DNA of 63,968 bases, filler included, from Octopus bimaculoides (Eukaryota), in the NCBI RefSeq assembly GCF_001194135.2. It is 4 parts of 4 records of this genome, joined end to end, with 100 filler letters (N's around TTAATTAATTAA, not from the genome) between each part and the next. Parts side by side here need not be neighbours in the genome. Positions count along the whole stretch, not along the records: positions 46,674 to 62,835 come from NC_069002.1; 3 more parts are not named here. One strand, written 5' to 3'. The notes under the pieces were generated by a model. It ran no database searches. It was not told where the DNA came from and saw only the letters and a list, made by a program, of their open reading frames with translations. The first letter of the stretch is position 1. Every line of letters starts with the position of its first letter. The position numbers and the translations under genes are program-made. Positions 51,185-62,060 of the stretch are shown here, in pieces.

Positions 51185-53479
51185 GTATGTGTGTATGTGT
51201 TTGTGTATCTGTGTTTGTCCCCCCAACATTGCTTGACAACCGACGCTGGTGTGTTTATGTCCCTGTAACTTAGCGGTTCGGCAAAAGAGACCGATAGAAT
51301 AAGTCCTGGGGTCGATTCACTCGACTAAAGGCGGTGCTCCAGCATGGCCACAGTAAAAAAAACTGAAACAAGTAAAAGAGTACATTCTACATTGACTTGC
51401 ATGTTGGAAAATATGGTATTTGTCTGCAATAGCAGCAAGAATAATTACTCTGAGAGTTAAATTACCATGACATATCTCCCTCTTGTGTTGCAGCCAAACA
51501 GTCCTGAACTAATGGTGCTGATGAAGGCCAATGCCAAGTTCCAAATGAAACATGGCGACCCACAGCAAGCAGCCTCTCTTCTTGAAGAAATATCTAAGAA
51601 AAACCCAAAGGATTCCCACATTTTGGCACAGTTGTTCTCTGCTTATTCACTCTTTGACTCAAAGAAAGCTGAACAGTATCCTTTTCCTTCAGAAATGAGA
51701 ATTGTTCCTTGATTCCACTCCCCCATTTGCCTTTTCCTCTTAAACTGGCCTGGCTATATTTAGCCCAGATATTCTACCTGTTTTATGGTCCAATCAGCAA
51801 GCTCTGGTCTCTCACGCTTATTCTACAATGTCATACTGAAGATAAACAATCGCATCTTTGAAATCATAAAACTATGAGATCATCATCATCATCATCATCG
51901 TTTAACGTTCGCTTTCCATGCTAGCATGGGTTGGACGATTTGACTGAGGACTGGTGAAACCGGATGGCAACACCAGGCTCCAATCTAATTTGGCAGAGTT
52001 TCTACAGCTGGATGCCCTTTCTAACGCCAACCACTCAGAGAGTGTAGTGGGTGCTTTTACGTGTCACCCGCACGAAAACGGCCACGCTCGAAATGGTGTC
52101 TTTTATGTGCCACCCACACAAGCCAGTCCAGGGGCACTGGCAACGATCTCGCTCGAAAATCCTACGGGAGCCAGTCAGGCGGTACTGGTGAAAAGGGTAA
52201 AGGGCAAAGACCCCCTTCGGTCGTGAATGACCGTGGGATTGCAGCTAGGAAGTTCCCCTCTGAGGCACAAGTCCGGGCAAGGTTGTGTATGGAAGACCAG
52301 CAGTCACCCATGCATAACCAGCCTCCCCTCTCCATGCCACTGATGTTATCCAAAGCAAAAAAACATATCTGGCAATGGGGAGATATTACCTTGCTTGGAA
52401 ACAGGTAAGGAGTGGTGATAGGAAGAGCATCCAGCCATCTATAGAAAATCTGCCTCAATAAAACTCTGTCTGGGTTGTTGCAACTCATTTCTACAGCTGA
52501 CTGAACTGAAGCAGCATGAAATAAAGTGTCTTGCTCAAGAACACTACACACAGTCCAGTCCAGGAATTGAACTCACTACCTCATGATTGTGAGCCCGATG
52601 CTGTAACCACTGTACCATGCACCACATTTGACGAGTAATTTGAATGCTAAAGGGTTAAAACAAGAAATTTGTATCCTAGAGCCAAGGGTGAAGGCACGTG
52701 GTTTAGTCATTAGTGTGTTGCATTCATGAGCATAAGATTGTGGTTTCAATTCCTGTACTAAGTGATGCATTGCTATCTTGAGCAAAATATTTTACTTCAC
52801 ATTACTCCTGCTCATTCAGCTGGCAAAAATGAGTAATCCTGCGACAGGCTGGTGTCTCATTCAAGTGGTGTATATACGCCACAGAGATGGGAAACCAGCT
52901 CTATGAGTCTATATGACTAAGTGAAGGCGCTTAACTCTATTCATTTTTTTGCAAACCAAGGGGAGTCTCAGATGGGTTGGTCATCAAAAGATTTACAATA
53001 CATCTTCATCCCTGTTGGTTGTAAGGCTTGCTTGTTCTTTCTTTCCCAATATTCTGTGGAATTCTTTAACCACTCTCCACAGAATCAGCCATCAGTTACC
53101 ATCAGTGGATGAGATTATTTCTGGAGTTGATGTTGATGAGTTGGAAAAGTCTTTCAGTTCCATGGCACCAAAATATCTGAAGAGAATACAGAAGACAGAA
53201 CCATCACCTTCATCGTAAGTTGTCTGCTTTCTTGTTTCCATCATGCAAATCTCCATCCATTCTTTCTGAATTCTTACCAAACTTCAAAGTTCATTGTTTT
53301 CTTTTTTGTTTTTGTGTTGTTACTCCTTTTACTCTTTCTTTTTCTCTTTGCCTGTCATATCTTTGTCTTTGGTTCACTGTCTACCTTCCTGTTAGTTTGT
53401 CTCTCTCTCTCTCTCTCTGTGTCCCTATCTCTCTCTGTCTCTCTCTCTCTCTCTGTCTCTCTCTCTGTGTCTCACTCTG

Positions 53480-53520
<41 letters not shown>

Positions 53521-53530
53521 NNNNNNNNNN

Positions 53531-53579
<49 letters not shown>

Positions 53580-53741
53580 GAGACTTTGTCTGAAGAAGAT
53601 GTATTGTTCTTTCTTTCAGTGATGGGGTCTTGTTGATAAAGACGAAGAAGAAAAAGAAGAAGAAGAAAGGTAAGTGTTTGCTTTACAGTTCTTTGTTTCT
53701 CTTTGACGGGTTACGAATCTGTTAGGAACAAAACCTTTCTT

Positions 53742-53772
<31 letters not shown>

Positions 53773-56392
53773 GCAAAAAGACATTTCAAGAAAACATAAG
53801 AAATATAATGTCATAATGGTAGTGAAACCATATGATACTTGGAAGATCTTTTTTTGAACAGTGGCTCTCAAAGCACATAGAGCTGTAACCAATAGCATGT
53901 GAATATTGGTTTGAAAAACCGTTTTGAATAGAAGAAGTCAATGTCTACAAGGGATGTGAGTTTGAACCTTATGGGCGCCCTTCAACTTTTTTTTCTCCAA
54001 AAGACGTTTTTCAACCCAATATTTACATCTACATGCTATTAATTTTAGATTTATGTGAGCCTCGAGAACTGCTATTCCAAAACAGAATATATATCATCAT
54101 CATCGTCGTCGTTTAACGTCCACTTTTCATTATTGGATGTTCCTCTTCTTTATTTCGTTTGACCTTCTGTTATATCTTTTCCAGCAAAAATGCCCAAGAA
54201 CTACGATGCCTGTGTTACCCCTGACCCTGAGCGGTGGCTGCCTCGTAGAGAACGTTCCTATTACCGTGGGAAACGTAAAGACAAAACTAAAAACATCAGT
54301 AAGGATTACCTTTTTTGATTGACTTTTCTTCAAATATTTTCCTCTTGAAGTTTTTGTTTTTTGTTTTCTTTTATTTTCTTTTGAGCTTTACTTTAACAGT
54401 TATCATCATCATCATCTCCACCATCCTCCTCCTCATCGTCATCAGCATCACCACTACCATCATCATCATCACTATCATCTCCATCATCACCACTGTCATC
54501 ATCTTGACAATCATCTTCCTTCTTCTTCTCTTTATCGTGATCATCATCATCATCATCACCATCAGTGCTATTATTATAACCATTTGCTGTCCCTACCATC
54601 TTCATTATCTTCACAACCATCACTATCTTCATTGTCTTTCTTATTGCCATCACCATCATCATCACCACCACCATCATTATTCTCTTCTTCATCAGCATCA
54701 TCACCACCATCACCATACTACATTAGTCTGTCTCAAGCTACAGTGTTTCCAAAACACAAGAGCATGATTTTGGGTAAGTTTAGCTGCTATTTCTAGCATC
54801 TCATGTGACTTCATAGAGACTCTCTTCTTGTCCATGTTTATTGCATGAGTGTGAGGGATAAGTCCACCTGTTCAAGGAGTCTAATGTTTCTTCCTCTACT
54901 TTCACTTTCCAAAACATCAATGTCGCTTTATCAATGTCTTTCATTGTTATTTTTTTTGCGTTTCAGGTAAAGGCACGCAGGGAGCCACAAGCCCCGCCGG
55001 TGACATGTAAGTCATTGTTTTATTGTTTTTTTTAAAACTTACACTCTTTCATTTGTTTCACTCGTTGGACTGCGGCCATGCTGGGGCACCGCCTTAAATC
55101 TTTAGTCGAATGTATCGACCCCCAAGACTTATTTTTTAAAGCTTGGTACTTATTCTGTTGGTCAATTAAGCTGAACTGCTAAGTTACAGGGATGTAAATA
55201 CACAATCATCATCATCATCATCATCATCGTTTGACGTCCGCTTTCCATGTTAGCATGGGTTGGACGATTTGACTGAGGACTGGTGGACCAGATGGCTACA
55301 CCAGGCTCAAATCTGATTTGGCAGAGTTTCTACAGCTGGATGCCCTTCCTAACACCAACCACTCCGAGAGTGTAGTGGGTGCTTTTACGTGCCACCTGTA
55401 CGAGGCCAGCCAGGCGGTACTGGCAACGACCACGCTCAAATGATGTATTTTATGTGCCACCCACACAAGAGCCAGTCCAGGGGCACTGGCAATGATCTCA
55501 CTCGAAAGTCCATTACACATGCCACGGGCACAAGTGCCAGGAAGGCGACGCTGGGCACAGGTGCCATCCCGGTCAAATGGTGACACAAGGGACAAAGACA
55601 TAGACACACACACACACACACACACATATACTGTACAAAACCTTTGACATTATGTTGTGCTTGAGAAGACCCATCATGCTGAGCAAAATCAGTCGTGGCA
55701 GATACCAGTGTCACGCAAGTTGGCACATAAACGCATCCTGGTGTCACGCAAATGGCACATGTGCCAGTGGCATGTAAAAGCATCCATTACACTCTCGGAG
55801 TGGTCGGCATTAGGAAGGGCATCCAACTGTAAGAAACACTGCCAGATCAGACTGGAGCCTGGTGCAACCTCCTGGCTTCCCAGACCCGGTGGAACCGTCC
55901 AGCCCATGCTAGCATGGAAAACAGACATTAAACGACGATGATGATGCTGATGATGATGACTTAGTTTTTCAAGCTTGCTACAGGGATGTAAACAAATTGA
56001 CACCAGCTGTCAAGAGGAGTTGGGGTAAACACAAACTCAATAAAGTGCCACTCAAGTACTGGATGATGATGTAACTGACTTGCCCCTCCCCTCAAAATTT
56101 ATTGCCATTATGTCTTAAATTAGAAACAGTTATTTGTTATTTATATATATTTTTTTTTATTATTTCTTATTATTTAAATTAATAAAATTTTTATTTTTAT
56201 TTTTCCTGTTTATTTCCCCACTGTTTCAGTGATGCGAGCAAGCAAACATCAGGGAGCGAGGCAAGTTCACCGCGGCCCGCAGCTAATGTGACCAAGCCAT
56301 CACCTCAGCCGGCCAACCGGCATCAGCAGCAGCAACATTCGTCCAGCGGACGCAGCACCAACAATAAGAAGAAGAAGAAAGGGAAACGATAA
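47645..56392 (+). CDS. SRP72: SRP72 gene, 5'-partial spliced CDS span (11 coding exons, ~409 aa: TPR-like region, Lys-rich SRP-RNA-binding domain, C-terminal tail)
   Basis: Manual exon chaining keeps frame across all 10 GT-AG introns (exon lengths 58,132,129,135,96,182,132,50,114,40,163). The translation is colinear with human SRP72 as I recall it, e.g. NVFDSKKK, KNPKDSHILAQLFSAYSL, KKKKKKKK-AKMPKNYD, TPDPERWLPRRERSYYRG, KGTQGAT, DASK...SPRP. Confidence 0.97.
47915..48046 (+). CDS. SRP72: SRP72 exon B (EQNVFDSKKKIK...GLLYMYTNQ)
   Basis: gtttag| acceptor and |gtaagc donor; matches human DQNVFDSKKKVK...LLAMYTNQ. Confidence 0.96.
49050..49270 (+). mobile_element. RTE/Expander-like LINE fragment in an SRP72 intron
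   Basis: ECWVMTKRMQSQ...LLNRVHASDIGESL...ERSQIRHFGHVIRM. Confidence 0.75.
49407..49535 (+). CDS. SRP72: SRP72 exon C (SDQVRNVVKELQDKF...KHVPKAIEVLK)
   Basis: ttctcag| acceptor and |gtacaa donor; aligns to human AEQCRK...KQHTKAIELLQ. Confidence 0.93.
49986..50120 (+). CDS. SRP72: SRP72 exon D (NYIAKDSVDERIKLILSQLYLSQGSVFQACDVLKSIETLRYKPAV)
   Basis: tttttag| acceptor and |gtgagt donor; aligns to human IKLTMAQLKISQGNISKACLILRSIEELKHKPGM. Confidence 0.95.
50338..50433 (+). CDS. SRP72: SRP72 exon E (VGVLVSLYVSQEDVQSASKTLGDAVTWHKQNM)
   Basis: ctctgtag| acceptor and |gtaaga donor; aligns to human VSALVTMYSHEEDIDSA...AIQWYQNHQ. Confidence 0.95.
51494..51675 (+). CDS. SRP72: SRP72 exon F (PNSPELMVLMKANAKF...AQLFSAYSLFDSKKAE), ends at a U12-type donor
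   Basis: gttgcag| acceptor; donor CA|GTATCCTTTT in phase 2; aligns to human KQNPKDIHTLAQLISAYSL. Confidence 0.96.
51676..53082 (+). other. SRP72: U12-type (minor spliceosome) GT-AG intron of SRP72, 1407 bp
   Basis: The 5' site GTATCCTTTT matches the U12 consensus RTATCCTTT. A branch-site-like TTCTTTAAC at 53062-53070 (consensus TTCCTTAAC) lies 12 nt before the acceptor end, followed by CACTCTCCACAG with no long pyrimidine tract. The frame of the flanking exons requires these boundaries. Confidence 0.92.
53083..53214 (+). CDS. SRP72: SRP72 exon G (ISHQLPSVDEIISGVDVDELEKS...TEPSPS)
   Basis: Acceptor ccacag| after the U12 branch site, |gtaagt donor; aligns to human LSKHLPSSDSMSLKVDVEALENS. Confidence 0.94.
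53620..53669 (+). CDS. SRP72: SRP72 exon H (DGVLLIKTKKKKKKKK)
   Basis: ctttcag| acceptor and |gtaagt donor; poly-Lys run preceding the RNA-binding motif; phases 2 to 1 fit both neighbours. Confidence 0.92.
54185..54298 (+). CDS. SRP72: SRP72 exon I, SRP RNA-binding domain (KMPKNYDACVTPDPERWLPRRERSYYRGKRKDKTKNI)
   Basis: ttttccag| acceptor and |gtaagg donor; carries the diagnostic PDPERWLP motif. Confidence 0.97.
54967..55006 (+). CDS. SRP72: SRP72 exon J (KGTQGATSPAGD)
   Basis: gtttcag| acceptor and |gtaagt donor; conserved KGTQGAT. Confidence 0.93.
56230..56392 (+). CDS. SRP72: SRP72 terminal coding exon K (DASKQTSGSEASSPRP...NNKKKKKGKR*)
   Basis: gtttcag| acceptor; DASK..SPRP and basic C-terminus as in human; TAA at 56390-56392. 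Confidence 0.93.
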
Positions 56393-56907
56393 GCACGAGA
56401 CACTCCTCTCCCTCCTCCTCCTCCTCCTACCCTCCACCTCTTTGCCACTTCCCTCTCTTTCTCCTCTCTCCCTCCCCCTCCCCCTCTCTCTGTGTCTCTC
56501 CTCTGTCTGTCTGTCTCTCTCTCTCCTTGTCTTTTTATGTTTTAACAAAAAAAAATGCAATCCAAAAGGTTTGGCTCGTTTCTTCCATCTTTTCTGTGTG
56601 GGTAAACACACACAAACACACACACACACACATACATATCTACACACATACACACACATATATACACACCGTACATATAGACACTTGTACATTCACACGC
56701 ATACACACATGCTACATATGCACACACACACACACCACACACATACACATGCTGTTGGACTAACATTATAAACACACATACTCATACAGTCGCTTGTATA
56801 TATATATATATAATAATATTAGGGACAAAATCCAAAATTACAGGTAAAAACTCAATTAAAATCAATTTATAAAAAATTAAAAATTAAATTGAGCTTTATA
56901 GATTAAA

Positions 56908-57044
56908 ATATATATAAAATATATAGTTTTAGGGAAAATAACCAAGTTTCAAGATTTCATCAATGAAAATCCACTATCACACAGAAAAATCAAGAGTTCT
57001 TGAAACTTGGTTATTTTCCCTAAAACTATATATTTTATATATAT
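56908..57044. repeat. Perfect 47-bp inverted repeat with a 43-nt loop, ~515 nt downstream of the SRP72 stop
   Basis: 56908-56954 is the exact reverse complement of 56998-57044 (checked base by base). Confidence 0.95.
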
Positions 57045-57542
57045 ATATATATACATTCACAGACACACACACTCTGGATTGGTGGAACCTTTAGTGCGTC
57101 AAACAAAATGTCAGACTTCATTTAATGATGGCTGTTTACATTCTGAGTAAAAAATCTTGGTCAGCTTAACCTTGCCTTTTGTTCTTCCTGGGTCAAATTA
57201 TATTCCTGCAAAGCATCTAAGAGATGTGAGATTGGAAATATATTAGTAGAACACTTACACACACACACAAAATTTCATACAAATGCGCAGGGTATTTTCA
57301 TACTTACACACACACTCTGATCTGTAGATATACATATGTGTGTACGTTCACCTATGTGAAAACTACAGGTGGAAAGCTACATGGTGGGGAGGCACAGGCG
57401 TGGTGAGGATGGACGTGGGTCTCCATGGATTTGGCTCAGTCTTACTGCATGGACTTTGGGCAAGTGTTTCCTACTGTAGCTTAAGATTGACCAAAGCCTT
57501 GTGAGAGTGGACTTAGTAGATGGAAACTAAAAGAAGCTTGTC

Positions 57543-57573
<31 letters not shown>

Positions 57574-58375
57574 GAGAGATGTACTTGCATAGCAAGTGAC
57601 CTGATCTGAGATCGTGTGCTGGAACGAAAACAATTGTAGCATGGAAGGTGTTTATAAGCCATTTAAAATAACACAAAAGGCGTCAGATTTTTGACAAATT
57701 AAATTTAAATGTTGAAGTGAATTTGACAGCTTTTGTGTGTTATTTTAAATGGCTTNNNNNNNNNNNNNNNNNNNNNNNNNNNNNNNNNNNNNNNNNNNNN
57801 NNNNNNNNNNNNNNNNNNNNATATATATATATATATATATATGGATCTCCCAATAAATGTATTAAGTGCTCTTTTGTTTGTCCACTCACTTGTGTGTGTG
57901 TGCATATATATATGTATATTTATAAGAAGGGTGAACTGCTTAACCACTGGGCCGTGCTGCATCCAACTCACAAGTACGCACACACACATACATGCATTTA
58001 CATACACGCCTGTACACATACATATGCATAATTACGTTCATGGACATACATACATAAAAGTATGTATGCATATACATACATAAGCATATATAAAACATGT
58101 TTACATGTATATATACACAGATGCACACATGTATACATATGCATATATGTACACACATATGAAGGGTGTTCATTAAAGATTTCCCCTGACCCACTTCCCA
58201 AGGACTGGGATAAACGAAACTTAGCATAATTATTAGTGCTTCTTTACATAAGCCACCACTAATGGTATACACACACCTGTATCTATACATATATTTACGC
58301 ACACATGTATGAATGAATATTCCCATCATGTGTGGATATACACTCCCCTATTCACGCATACACATATATACATTC

Positions 58376-58483
<108 letters not shown>

Positions 58484-58969
58484 ATACATATACATACACA
58501 CACACAATGTAAACACCATCACTGAATACATTTTATGTATGACCATTTGTTGCTGACCTGCAAATAAAAATGGAAGTTGATCATGTTTTTGCTTTTTTTA
58601 TTTTGTTAAACAATCACATGAAAAGTAATCTGGATGGCTAAGTCAGTATAGTTGTTTTTATATATATATATATATATATATCATCATCATCATCATCGTC
58701 GTTTAACGTCCACTTTCCATGCTAGCATGGGTTGGACGATTTGACTGAGGACTGGTGAAACCAGATGGCTACACCAGGCTCCAATCTGATCTGGCAGAGT
58801 TTCTACAGCTGGATGCCCTTCCTAACACCAACCACTTCGAGAGTGTAGTGGGTGCTTTTATGTACCACCGGCACAGGGCCAATCACGCGGTACTGGCAAC
58901 GGCCACGCTCAAAATGGTGTATTTTATGTGCCACCCGCACAAGAGCCAGTCCAGGGGCACTGGCAACGA

Positions 58970-59011
<42 letters not shown>

Positions 59012-59747
59012 TAGCAAATGCACCTGTCCTTTGGACGGTTGAAGTTACTTTGGTGGCATATTTTTCACCAAATAATTGAACTACCAAGAAAGTTTATGAG
59101 TAGTACAGCAATCTATATTTCCGATTAACCTAGGAACGAAAAATGAAACTGAAGGCTGGTCATTGTGGATGTTGCTGCACTTTAATGATCATAGAACATA
59201 TAAGTTTGCAAGCGATGCAAAGTAGAGCTACAGAAGTGTTTGGGGAGTAGATTACGGATGATGACTACAAAATATAGTTGATTTACATCAGTGGCTCTCA
59301 AAGTGGGCAGAAATATATATATATTTCTGCAATATTTGGATATTTTATCTTGTTATTCTGTTATTCTGTTAGCATTATTCTGGGTTTGAGAATATATTAT
59401 TTTCATTATCTGTATCATTCAATATATCTCAACGCTTCTAAAGCAAACATGGTTTACTTTCATATNNNNNNNNNNNNNNNNNNNNNNNNNNNNNNNNNNN
59501 NNNNNNNNNNNNNNNNNNNNNNNNNNNNNNNNNNNNNNNNNNNNNNNNNNNNNNNNNNNNNNNNNNNNNNNNNNNNNNNNNNNNNNNNNNNNNNNNNNNN
59601 NNNNNNNNNNNNNNNNNNNNNNNNNNNNNNNNNNNNNNNNNNNNNNNNNNNNNNNNNNNNNNNNNNNNNNNNNNNNNNNNNNNNNNNNNNNNNNNNNNNN
59701 NNNNNNNNNNNNNNNNNNNNNNNNNNNNNNNNNNNNNNNNNNNNNNN

Positions 59748-60098
59748 GGTTAGGGCAGCGGACTCGTGGTCATAGGATCGCCGTTTCGATTCCCAGACCG
59801 GTCGTTGTGAGTGTTTATTGAGCGAAAACACCTAAAAGCTCCACGAGGCTCCGGCAGGGAATGGTGGCGAACCCTGCTTTTCCTTTTTCACTACAACTTT
59901 CTCTTACTTCCTGTTTCTGTTGTGCCTGTAATTCAAAGGGTCAGCCTTGTCACACTGTGTCGCGCTGAATATCCCCGAGGACTACGTTAAGGGTACACGT
60001 GTCTGTGGAGTGCTCAACCACTTGCACGTTAATTTCACGAGCAGACTGTTCCGTTGATCGGATCAACTGGAACCCTCGACGGAGTGCCAACAACAACA
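59748..60098 (+). mobile_element. SINE family D copy
   Basis: Highly similar to 19090-19461; 5' end lost in an N gap. Confidence 0.85.
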
Positions 60099-60257
60099 TT
60101 ATGATCTGAGTTCAAATTCCATCGAGGCGGGCATTGCTTTCCATTATTTCGGGGTCGATGAAATAAGGACCAATCGAATATCGAGATTGATGTAATCGAT
60201 TAGCCCATCACCACAAAATTTCAGGCTCCGTGCTTATAGTAGAAGGGATATGAAATA

Positions 60258-60703
60258 TAGTAATTCCTCAGCTATCGCGAGTGCTACGTTCCAAAGCCCA
60301 CCGCGATATGTGAAAATCTGCAAAGCAGAAACAGTCCTGTACAAGACGGCAAGCTGTCAGAAAGGTTAGCACGCCGGGCGAAATGCTTAGCGGTATTTCG
60401 TCTGCCGTTACGTTCTGAGTTCAAATTCCGCCGAGGTCGACTTTGCCTTTCATCCTTTCGAGGTCGATAAATTAAGTACCAGTTACGCACTGGGGTCGAT
60501 GTAATCAACTTAATCCCTTTGTCTGTCCTTGTTTGTCCCCTTCTATGTTTAGCCCCTTGTGGGCAATAAAGAAATAAGAAACAGTACTGTACTGTATTTA
60601 TTATTATTATTTTTAAATTTTTATAATTTGTATATAAATGTAAAACAACACCACAGAGGAATAAACCGCGACAAGTGCACCACGATATGGCGAGGTACTA
60701 CTG
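60258..60703. mobile_element. Tigger-type MITE interrupted by a SINE
   Basis: Degenerate left TIR TA|tagtaattcctcagctatcgcg and right TIR gatatggcgaggtactactg|TA; SINE at ~60345-60590 lies inside. Confidence 0.55.
60345..60590 (+). mobile_element. SINE family C (central domain tttcatcctttcggggtcgataaattaagtaccag, Deu/Nin-domain-like from recall)
   Basis: Other copies at about 17440-17600, 27303-27480, 27515-27710, 40395-40670, 44110-44330, 48098-48330 and 60100-60250. Confidence 0.75.
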
Positions 60704-61764
60704 TACACAGAAACTTCCAGGTGTGTATATAGTTGTATACAATGAACATGATACAGCAACAAAGAAAAAGCGTTTTTCTGGGTGCAATCCATTGAAAGTG
60801 CTTCCTCGCAATTTCTGTCTACTTACTACCACCGAGAAAGCAAATAATTTTTGCCATATCCTCTGGTGTGAGACTATGAGAAAAGTTTCTTGCCCGAGAT
60901 ATACATGAGTCGCCTTGGCGTCATTTATTTGGTGTTGCTGATTCAAAGCTCATTTATTTGACATCAGAGGGTTTAAAGTTTTGTTTCAATCTCTCTCGCT
61001 CTCTCTTTCTGTTATGTCTGATACCATCAAGTTATGTATGTATGTATGTATGTATGTACGTACGCATGTAAGTAAATACGTACCTACGTATGTATGTGTG
61101 TAATGTCTCCCCCTCTCTCTCACCCTGCATGTGTATATTTATGCGTGCACGCATTTGCATATATGTGCATGTGTGTACCTTTTTCCGAGATGTGCGATGG
61201 TTGCAAATAAATATCATCGTCATACAAGCTTCTTTTTATTCAATCCCTATTTTAGCAACGTAAGGCTAAAGAAACAAGTCTATCACCAAAACTGTTCAAG
61301 ATTTAATTATCCCCTTGAGTTTTTAGAAGGCTCAGTGTAACCAACATTACATTGTTCTACATACAGAACACAAATTCCTTATTCTTAGACGATAACGCGC
61401 AAAATTTTGTTGCTATAAAGTAAATCGAAAGCAACAGCTCTGCTGATTATCTCCCTTGCATCCTACACTTAACGGCGAAGCATTTATCTCCCTTTACACA
61501 GTAATGTAGTTATTATCTCCCTTACACGTTTTGTGTGTTTACTTGAAACCTTTATCGAACCACTTTTATAGGTTTCTGTGGAAAGAAGCTTGCTTCTGCG
61601 CATGCGTTGATTAATGTTTTTTTTTTTTTTTGCTGTACACTAACGTCGTGAATTATTGAATAAGTGAAGCACAGCTACAAGGAAAGCCATTTGTTTTTTT
61701 GGTGGGGATTCAGTGGGGGTTTGTTGCTCGTGTTTATTTTGTCGAACAAGAAATCTCCACTGAG

Positions 61765-62060
61765 TTCCGGCCATTTGTCATTTTTTCTGTTAACTTTTTG
61801 ATCTTGGTCGAAGTTTTTCTCGTTTGAGAAAAACCAAATCAAATCTTCTGGATTTTTCAGTTTGCTTAAGAACCTTTTAGATCTGAGGTAGTTATTTTCT
61901 TTTGCTTTTTCTGACAAATTGACCTTTCCTCATAATATAAAACTTATATCTGATGTCTTCGTGGACAGCATTTCGGACACATGGAGATCTTTTGCAATTG
62001 ACCTCATGGACTTTCTGGGATTGTAATCAATGGTCTGTTGAACTTGTAGGATAAATTCAG
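61765..62060 (-). mobile_element. Decayed Tc1/mariner-superfamily transposase fragment (maT/DD37D-like from recall)
   Basis: PEFILQVQQTIDYNPRKSMRSIAKDLHVSE...LIWFFSNEKNFDQDQKVNRKNDKW, with a stop and frameshift. Confidence 0.75.

Noticed and set aside
51676-51712. ORF-track extension YPFPSEMRIVP* of SRP72 exon F
   Set aside because: Read-through into the U12 intron; homology resumes at 53083.
54315-54767. 150-aa hydrophobic and poly-His ORF
   Set aside because: Lies within SRP72 intron 54299-54966 and is a (CAT)n-type repeat.
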